Shown in pieces: positions 56,164 through 64,000 of a stretch of DNA of 64,000 bases. The translations under genes and the position numbers were made by a program. The stretch is from an uncultured Hormoscilla sp. GTDB taxonomy: Bacteria; Cyanobacteriota; Cyanobacteriia; Cyanobacteriales; Desertifilaceae. The stretch spans positions 5,312,001 to 5,376,000 of the forward strand of contig OZ001293.3 in assembly GCA_963921275.4 (NCBI GenBank). The letters are read 5' to 3'. The stretch's first letter is position 1, and the number at the start of each line of letters is the position of its first letter. Under the pieces are notes generated by a model, which did not search any database, was not told where the DNA came from, and was given only the letters and a program-made list of their open reading frames with translations.

Positions 56164-56925
56164 CTAGAGTGAGTCCGGGTCAATATTCAGCTCGCGCAGT
56201 TTTGCTGCTAGCCGTTCAACTCGTTGTTGGGCTGCGGCTGCTTTCTCATCAGGAGTCAGAATCAATTCACCATCAGCCGTAAACCACCGTAACCACAGTC
56301 GGTCAATACCTTCATAACTCCCTCGCGACAAGCCTAAACTCAGTTCCAGTTGGGGAATGAGCAAACGCCCATTACTCAGCGGCGCTAGTTCGTATCGACC
56401 GCCCACCAGATGAAATGTCTGAAGTTCATTCGTATAGCGACTGAAAACAATGTAGTAAGGAACGCGCAGAATTTGGGAGTAAACTTCCCACTTGGTCGGT
56501 GGGTTTCCCGGTTGGCGCACAGTCCGTCCTAAATCTTCATTTGCCGTACTGGGGGACAATAGCTCAACTATGACAAGTGGACTGATCATTTCTTGCCACA
56601 TCACATAGCTATCCCGCATATCGTGACCGTCGTAGAGTCGTTCTACTCCCACTACCGCAAACCAATCAGGACGTTTGTACCAATTTAGGTTGTGGCGATC
56701 GTAGTAAATGTTGAGGTCAGTTCCCACAAACACTTGCTCCAAGGTAAAATTCCCAGATAGGAAAGTGCATCGCAACAGAAATGACTGTAGCCCGTGATAT
56801 TCATCTGGCATCCGAATCTCCTCTGGATCTTCGCTAGGCAGGTCATACATCGTCGGCAAAGTCTGCCGAGGTGAAAGAGGTGGATTGGATGGCGAAGGTA
56901 GCGTCGCTAGTTTATTCATTGCCAA
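56164..56925 (-). CDS. Uma2-family (DUF820) endonuclease
   Basis: LPTMYDLPSE, RPDWFAV, VELLSPST..EDLG. Confidence 0.92.
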   Translation of the reverse strand: MAMNKLATLPSPSNPPLSPRQTLPTMYDLPSEDPEEIRMPDEYHGLQSFLLRCTFLSGNFTLEQVFVGTDLNIYYDRHNLNWYKRPDWFAVVGVERLYDGHDMRDSYVMWQEMISPLVIVELLSPSTANEDLGRTVRQPGNPPTKWEVYSQILRVPYYIVFSRYTNELQTFHLVGGRYELAPLSNGRLLIPQLELSLGLSRGSYEGIDRLWLRWFTADGELILTPDEKAAAAQQRVERLAAKLRELNIDPDSL

Positions 56926-57056
56926 TCTCTTACTAGTGGTTCTTCTCTATTATATCATTTGTATAACGGATGGAGCGCGATCGCTCTATTATTATATCAA
57001 CAATAACACAATTTGCAAATATATGATAAAATCCTAGTATAATCTGAAATAGAGGA

Positions 57057-59230
57057 TTGTTCATGATTTCTGACCCAGACAAGCTAGCAGAACAGATAGC
57101 AGAACAGGCAGCACGCTATAACAAAATCAGTGATATTTGGGAGGATGTTACAGAAAAATGGAAACGGATATTGCACCAACCAATTGACAAAGAAACTGCA
57201 AAATCAGTAGTCAAGCAGTTGTATCAGTTAGCGGAACGCACGCTGCTAACTTTCGAGTTCGTCCCTAGCCCGATGGCGGCAATAAATTTAGCCAATAAAC
57301 TAGATATGGGAGCTTCTCTCAGGGATTGTCTGGAGTTGAACTGGTTGGTATTAAAAGCATCTTTGCATGATAATTTAATAAAAGAAATGGGATATGTTAT
57401 GTCAGATTTTATGGATTATCTGCTCGAAGACGATCTGTGGAGTTTTCTCAGTCCAGACCTGGTTATTAATGTAGGTAGCGGTCATCTGCACGATTATCTG
57501 TGGGCTTCTTTAAGAGAAGTTTTGGGAGAGGATCTGGGAGATTATCAATATTGGGTGCCTGAAGAAATGCTAAACTTCGCTGCGTGTTTAGACGCAGTGG
57601 TTACTACTGATGTTATTCCCTACGATCGCGATAAATCTCAACTTTGGGTAGCTTTGTTCGAGAACTTGAGTTGGTGCTTGCTTTACGAAAAAGTTTGTAT
57701 TACAGTTTGTTCAGGAAACAAGTAGAACATTTTTGTGCTAAACTAGAGCTATACTCAATGCAGACCAAATTCAGCTATGGGACGTTACTCTCTGGACCTG
57801 AGACAAAAAGTAGTCACTGCTTATCAATTGGGCAAAGGCTCGATTCGGCAACTCGCCGAGCAGTTTATGCTCAGTCCTGCTACTGTTCATAGTTATATAA
57901 AACAAGATCGAGAAACGCAAGATATAACCCCTAAAAAACCCGGTCCCAAACGTCCGGGCAAGCTAGAAGCCGATCGAGACTTGATCGTGAAGATGGTAAA
58001 AGATTACCCAGATTGTCCGGTGAGGCAGTATCGGGAACATCTCCGGCGGGAGCAGGATGTTTATGTCAGTGTAGGGGGGATGTGTGAGTTCCTAAAAAAA
58101 GAAGGCTTAACCCTTAAAAAAAAACTTACCGGGCAGAAAAGGTAGCAACGGAAGCAGGTCAACAGCAGCGAGTTGATTACCGAGAGCGGGTTCGAGATGT
58201 CCCACAGGGAAAATTGATATTTATTGATGAGGCAGCTTTCTGGATAGGGATGAGTCGCGATCTGGCCAGGAGTGAAAAAGGTAAAAAGGCATTCTATTTA
58301 AGACCATTTTATCAGGGGAGTAAAATGACCTTAATCGGAGCAATAATTCTTGAAGGAGTTGTGGCTAAAAAAGCAATTAAAGGCTCTATGAAAGGTAAGG
58401 ATTTTAAGGATTTTATTGAAGATGACCTGGTTCCGAAGCTGAATCCAGGGGATGTGATAGTTATGGATAACCTTAATATCCATAAAATGGAAGGGATCGA
58501 AGAACTGATAGTCGCTACGGGAGCAAGAGTAGAATATTTACCACCCTACTCACCAGACTTCAACCCTATTGAGATGTTGTGGTCAACGGTTAAGTCACTG
58601 GTCAGAATGTTCTCAACACGAGCAATGGAGGCGCTAGAACAGTTAATTGAACTTGCTCTGATGCTGATTGGAACAAATACGTTTAAGAACTGGTTTACTA
58701 AATGCTGTTATTGTACTAATTAAATAGCGAACCTGCTGTATCTGCTTCGATGTCTCCGGAGAGCGCTCTTACGCACTACTCCGGAGACATCGATCGCCCC
58801 ATCCACTTCGAGTTTACCGAGAGACTTCACGCGGAACTAGTAAAACCCGCGATGGAGTATAACGACGGCTTTAAGGTGTACTCCCATGAAGGCTTTTGGT
58901 TACCAGCAATATACGCAACAGTTCCCCCTCAAACTTGACGTTCTGAATGGTTATTATCAGAGGAAAACGCCGAACTCCGACGAATGCTAATTCAGCAAAT
59001 TAGCTAGGAAAAAATTTGCCAAGAGTTGCAAGCAGTGTCAATTGATTATTGGCAGGACTACAAACTTATGAAAATTGACGCAGATGTCGATGAAGAACAG
59101 ATATATTTGTTAAAAATGAATTGTCCGAGTACCGGAAAAATTCATGCCTTGCGCGTTCCGCCTGACTTGCAAACTGCCAGAGAAGCGATCGGGTGGATAA
59201 ATTGGGGCATCCAGAAAAAATTGCCATGCA
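57057..59230 (+). pseudogene. DUF6745-like protein interrupted by IS630, a palindromic insert and nonsense codons
   Basis: YEKVCI|IC-DRP, WLLSEENAELRRMLIQQI, LLKMNCPSTGKIHALRVPP...EAIGWINWG. Confidence 0.75.
57701..58740 (+). mobile_element. IS630-family element with orfA (57777-58145) and orfB (to 58723) linked by a -1 shift at an A9 run
   Basis: TA at both ends, imperfect IRs TACAG..GTTC.....AA.TAG.ACA; YSLDLRQKVV, FIDEA, MDNLNIHK, LPPYSPDFNPIE. Confidence 0.92.
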
Positions 59231-59392
59231 GATTTAAATTATTAAAGAAGTTCGTTGTTGCGCTAAAGCGCAAACCCCGCGCGCAACAACCGAACATGAT
59301 ATTAGTCGGTTAAAATCGACTTTAGCTATTAGCCGGGGGTTAAAACCCCCGATTTTTCCGGCACGGTACGTAGCGAACCAATTTGGGAACTA

Positions 59393-60583
59393 TTAACGAT
59401 ACTTGCGAATGGGAGTGTCGCAAGGATAGGTTGCTACGGGTTCTGGCAAAGTCTCGCCAACATTAATCAGGGTCTTTTCTGTTGATTTAATCTTAGCTAT
59501 TTGATAGTCTTGGCGCAGTTTTGCCCTCATGGCTGGAAGCCGATCGTACAGTCGCTTCAGGGGGCGGGGCGCAGATTTTTTCATCACATAGGCAGTCAAG
59601 ATCGGAAGGGCGATCGTGCTATCGGTGTAGCAAACAATGGTGCTGGGTAACTCATCTGGGTCAACTTTACCCCAGCTGACGGCTTCGCTGGGTGTGGCAC
59701 CAGATAAACCCCCTGTATCTGGACGGGCATCGGTAATTTGGATAAAATAATCGTGACCCCGTTCTTCCAGTCCCAAGACTTCGTGCAGTTGGGGTTGAGT
59801 TTGCAGCAGGAAGTTTTTGGGAGAACCGCCGCCGATAATCACTGCGGCACTCTTACCTTCGATGCCAGGAATGCCAGTAGCACGGGCCCCATAGGCGATC
59901 GCCGCTGTTTCATTCACATCGATGGACGGATCGATGAATAACTGAGAACCTTCCAGGGCCATTGCTGCCACATTCATGCCAATGGAACTATCCCCAGGAG
60001 AAGAAGTGTAGATCGGCAGACCGCATTCATAGGCTGTAGCCAACAGGCAAGAATTCTGAATTCCCAAGCGCTTTTCAATCTCCCAGACATACTTACCCAG
60101 CAGGTAGTGAAACTCCGCTGTACCTATCCGCTTCTGAAACACGGGTGCCCGTAAAATCTCCCGAATGAACGCATCCGTTTTTAGCAGCACGTCGTAGTCA
60201 AACACAATATCGTAAATGCGAATCCGTCCCTCTTGGCGCAGCTTCACATCATCCAAAAACGGACTACTCGCATACACACTCATTCCCAACCCGTAATGCA
60301 GGTCGTGATACAGATTTGCACCAGTGCTGATTATCCAGTCAATGAAACCGTGGCGCACTAGGGGTGCGAGAATACCCACGCCAAAACCCGCTGGTGTCAT
60401 GGCACCAGATAGACTCACGCCGACAGTCACGCCCTCTTGCATCACCTCTCGACTCAGCAAATGACAGATTTCCCGCAGACGCGCCGAATTGTAAGCCGTG
60501 AAATAGCCGTCGATTAAATCAACGACAGTAATTTCATTGGGCATGGGGGCGGGTGCGATTTTGTGGTCGAGCAATTTTGACAT
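59393..60583 (-). CDS. speY: Deoxyhypusine-synthase-like homospermidine biosynthesis protein
   Basis: SGAMTPAG, STGANLYHD, SSPGDSSIG, GGGSPKN, GGLSGATPSEAVSWGK. Confidence 0.85.
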   Translation of the reverse strand: MSKLLDHKIAPAPMPNEITVVDLIDGYFTAYNSARLREICHLLSREVMQEGVTVGVSLSGAMTPAGFGVGILAPLVRHGFIDWIISTGANLYHDLHYGLGMSVYASSPFLDDVKLRQEGRIRIYDIVFDYDVLLKTDAFIREILRAPVFQKRIGTAEFHYLLGKYVWEIEKRLGIQNSCLLATAYECGLPIYTSSPGDSSIGMNVAAMALEGSQLFIDPSIDVNETAAIAYGARATGIPGIEGKSAAVIIGGGSPKNFLLQTQPQLHEVLGLEERGHDYFIQITDARPDTGGLSGATPSEAVSWGKVDPDELPSTIVCYTDSTIALPILTAYVMKKSAPRPLKRLYDRLPAMRAKLRQDYQIAKIKSTEKTLINVGETLPEPVATYPCDTPIRKYR

Positions 60584-61307
60584 TTTGATACTCCCAGAAA
60601 CGCGAACAGCATAAAAGCACTGACATAAGGGAAAAAGACTTCGGCGAGCGCGAGAGCGCAGGGCCATACATGGCTTTTCGGGGATGTACCCCAAAAGCCA
60701 CATCATCGAACCGAGCTATTGCATATCTAGACGGACTAAAAGTACGTCTGCATCAACAGCCCATATTTCTTGCCAGTAAGCTATGAACTGGCTATGTTGA
60801 AAATTTCTACTCTTAGTAGATGCACTCTCAGAACTTGACCGACCCAGTTCGCGGATCCAGCGGGTAACGGGAAATAGCGAACCTTCACTTGCAGGTCGGT
60901 CAGCTCATACTAGGCGCTTCACAGCGATCGGTCCAAGACAGCCCCGGATCGCACTGGCGCTTGCGCTTCAATTTCATTTCCAGATACCAAAGACCTCTCC
61001 AAGGGTATCCAGTTAAAGCTGGGAAGTCCAATTCTGTTTTGTCCCACCTAATATCACTACGAGCATTTTCACTCTAACACGGGTGTGGTCAAAACCAGTT
61101 GGTAAAGAAAAGGTCATAGTATTACGTATAATACTAAACATGATTACGTGCGCTACGATGTAATATGTCAGCTTCGATCCTTTTGGCCAGGATATCAACT
61201 ACTTTTGACCACACTCCTCTAACACCTATATTACCCTTCATGACCATGAAATTACTCATAATTTCAGCCGGGGATGTCCGCGAAAATAGGGACCGCCTCT
61301 TTTATCC

Positions 61308-61840
61308 TCAAGCAGGCGGTGACCCGATCGTTATTTCCTTGACAGATTTATCGTAGCAATAGTATACATCAAGACCGAAGCAGACAAAAATTACCTGCCC
61401 GATCGCCTCCTTGCTTTCGGCGAACTGCTTTACTTCCCTGACTGCGATCGGGGCTGCCCGCTCCACTGGGAATCCATAAGCACCGGTGCTTATGGAAGGA
61501 AATGCTATTGTTTTAATATCATATGATTCTGCTATTGTCAAGCAACTGCGGTAACATCGTGCTAACAGTTCTTCTTCTCGGTTGTCGCCAGCCCGCCAGA
61601 TGGGACCGACTGTATGAATCACCCATTTTGCTGGCAGGTTATAACCGCTAGTAATCTTGGCTTCACTGGTGGCACAACCTTTTAACTGGCAACATTCTGC
61701 CAAAAGTTGGGGTCCAGCGGCACGGTGGATGGCACCATCCACACGCTTCGCTGTAGAGATATATTAGCAGCATTGACAATGGCATCCACCTGTTGTTTGG
61801 TAATATCCCCTTGCACAATCTTGATTCTTTCTAGTAGCAT
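61308..61840 (-). pseudogene. Macrodomain O-acetyl-ADP-ribose deacetylase, frameshifted in the GGGG loop
   Basis: [17 protein letters not shown] / [27 protein letters not shown] in different frames. Confidence 0.85.
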
Positions 61841-61972
61841 CTAAGAATTATCAGAGACATCAAGGGTTAGATTACAAGCATTGAGATGCTCCCAAGTACG
61901 CGCCCACAATAAGCCTGCCCAGGCCGGCTTCGTAAAGATAGCGCCAGCCTTCAGGCTGAGGTATTTTTGTGC

Positions 61973-62605
61973 ATGGAAACTAATACTCAGACAGAACAAC
62001 AGCTGACTGTCGATCGGTATCGGCGGAAGATGGAACGACGCAAGCAAGTGCAAGATGAACGAGTGGCGGCGGCGTCCCAGGAAAAGGGGTTGATCGTCGT
62101 TAACACGGGTAATGGTAAGGGTAAGACTACGGCGGCTTTGGGTATGGTAATGCGATCGCTCGGTCATGGCTATCGAGTGGCGATCGTCCAATTCATCAAA
62201 GGAGCCTGGGAGCCAGCAGAAAAGCAGGTCCTCAGTCATTGGGTTCCCCATCAGCTAGAATTCCATGCTCTGGGAGAAGGCTTCACCTGGGAAACCCAAG
62301 ATAGAGAGCGCGATATCCAAACAGCTCAGCAAGCTTGGCAAAAAGCCATCGACTTCATTTGTAACCCTGAGTTTAAGTTGGTGCTGCTCGATGAAATTAA
62401 CGTTGCTCTCAAACTCGGTTACCTGAGCATCGAGTCTGTTTTGGCTGGGTTAGAGCAAAAACCAGCTATGTCTCACGTTATCCTCACGGGTAGAGGGGCC
62501 CCAGCACCATTAATTGCCCGAGCTGACTTGGTAACCGAGATGACTCTGATTAAACATCCCTTCCGAGAACAAGGCGTCAAAGCTCAACCGGGAATTGAGT
62601 TTTGA
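61973..62605 (+). CDS. cobO: Cob(I)yrinic acid a,c-diamide adenosyltransferase
   Basis: TGNGKGKTTAA, QFIKG, GEGFTWE, LDEIN, TGRGAP. Confidence 0.96.
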   Translation: METNTQTEQQLTVDRYRRKMERRKQVQDERVAAASQEKGLIVVNTGNGKGKTTAALGMVMRSLGHGYRVAIVQFIKGAWEPAEKQVLSHWVPHQLEFHALGEGFTWETQDRERDIQTAQQAWQKAIDFICNPEFKLVLLDEINVALKLGYLSIESVLAGLEQKPAMSHVILTGRGAPAPLIARADLVTEMTLIKHPFREQGVKAQPGIEF

Positions 62606-62666
62606 ATGATTGAGAATGGCGAATTTAAAATTGAAAATGTAAAATTGCTCCATTTTACATTCACAA

Positions 62667-63360
62667 TTATAGACGACTGAACAAGTATCCTTGCATTTCA
62701 TCGCAATGCTGTTGACACAATAAATTTCGTTCCGCTTCCCTCTCCACTCCCTCAGCGATCACCTTGAGATGCAGCTGATGTGCCATTTTAATTATCCCTG
62801 TTGTCAGAGCTTGATTTTTCTCATTTACTGTGCTTTGATGGATAAATCCTCGATCAATTTTCAAAATGTCAAAGGTAAATTGTTGCAGATAGCTTAAAGA
62901 TAAATAACCCGTGCCAAAATCATCCAATGCTAGCTGCATCCACAGTGTTTTCAATTCCTGCTAGGTGGCGATCGCCACTTCCGGATTTTGGACAACGGTG
63001 CTTTCGGTCAACTCTAAGTCTAGATATTTGGGGTCAAGACTAGTTGACTGGAATACATCGACTAAATTACGACGCAGATCTGGTTGCTGAAATTGACGAG
63101 CCGATAAATTTACTACTATCCGTAAGTCAGAATAACCCATAGTTTGCCAGACTTGAACTTGTTGGCAAGCTGTCTGCAACACCCATTGGCCGATCGGTAC
63201 AATCAGACCAGTTTCCTCGGCTATGGGAATAAATTTAGCCGGTGAAACTAGCCATTGTTCTGGATGTTGCCAACGCAAGAGTGCTTCTGATCCTACTATC
63301 TTACCATCCTTCAGACTGACTTGGGGTTGATACCAAACCTCAAGTTTTTCACGTTCCCAT
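62667..63360 (-). pseudogene. EAL-domain phosphodiesterase, fragmented
   Basis: YQPQV, EALLRW, LELTES, *, LDDFGTGY, KIDR, AEGVE. Confidence 0.85.
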
Positions 63361-63439
63361 AATGCAGGCTAGCTTCCGTCCCTAAAAGATCATCTGTGTT
63401 TAGAGAAGCTGTGTAAAATTGATATTGATTTCCTGCAGG

Positions 63440-63525
63440 GTTTTGTCAGATAATCATCTGCTCCTAGGGACATCCCCTGGCGCAGATCCTTCTTATCCCC
63501 TTTGGCAGTCAGAAAAATGAAGACC
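63440..63525 (-). pseudogene. Response-regulator receiver C-terminal fragment
   Basis: FIFLTAKGDKKDLRQGMSLGADDYL. Confidence 0.7.
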
Positions 63526-63539
63526 AACTGCGGGCAGCT

Positions 63540-64000
63540 TTGACAGCAGGAACAGGCGGTACTGTTACCTTGCGCAACTACCGCAAAGATGGTAGCATGT
63601 TCTGGAACAACTTAAGTGTTTCGCCCATTTATGACGAGGAGGGAAATCTCACCCATTACATTGGCATTCAAACAGATATCACGGAACGCAAGGAAGCAGA
63701 AGAAAAGCTGCAGGCGACAACATCGCGTCTGACAGCATTGATGGAAAATCTCCAACTTGGCGTTCTGGTAAAGGATGAGTCAGGTAAAATTGTCCTCACC
63801 AATCAAGCCTTTTGCGACCTATTTCAAATTACCGCGACGCCACAGGCCATGAGGGGAGCGTATTTCTCATAATTTGCCCTAAATTATCAACATTTGTTTG
63901 CTAATGGAGCAAAATTTATGCAGCGCCATAATAAAATTATTCAGGTCAAACAAGTAGTGATGAGTGAAGAACTGCAAATGGCTTCAGGACGGACCCTGGA
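63540..64000 (+). pseudogene. PAS/PAC sensor fragment with an in-frame TAA at 63870; runs off the window edge
   Basis: NYRKDGSMFWN, IGIQTDITERK; frame continues after the stop. Confidence 0.75.

Noticed and set aside
60584..60706. N-terminal extension of the speY-like ORF in the track
   Set aside because: Non-homologous-looking sequence over a hairpin; ATG 60583 is more plausible

Overview
Cyanobacterial chromosome segment (abundant HIP1 GCGATCGC octamers; petH, prk, pcxA, dxs, acs, cobO, mtnA, tRNA-Met), probably from a filamentous, repeat-rich lineage. Housekeeping genes alternate with decayed accessory DNA: about 20 genes carry frameshifts, stops or truncations, and there are IS982, IS630 and ISAzo13 elements or remnants, toxin-antitoxin debris and several families of very short dispersed repeats that insert in frame into proteins. 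The strongest signal is five group II intron-derived elements and no reverse transcriptase. Three are full-length ORF-less ribozymes of one family (17342-18338; near-identical inverted twins 49342-50212 and 52297-53167) whose EBS1 loops differ and match their own insertion sites. The twins appear to end in a non-canonical ATCC with a compensating gamma base. One twin sits in sense orientation in a tandem DUF433 antitoxin gene, and splicing would restore the reading frame. Also notable: a DUF4347-LRR-cadherin-RTX surface protein with variable LRR faces plus an LRR-less paralog, non-coding 21-bp-period arrays, and an Rpn nuclease with a possible internal start. All calls are from reading the sequence; no searches were run.
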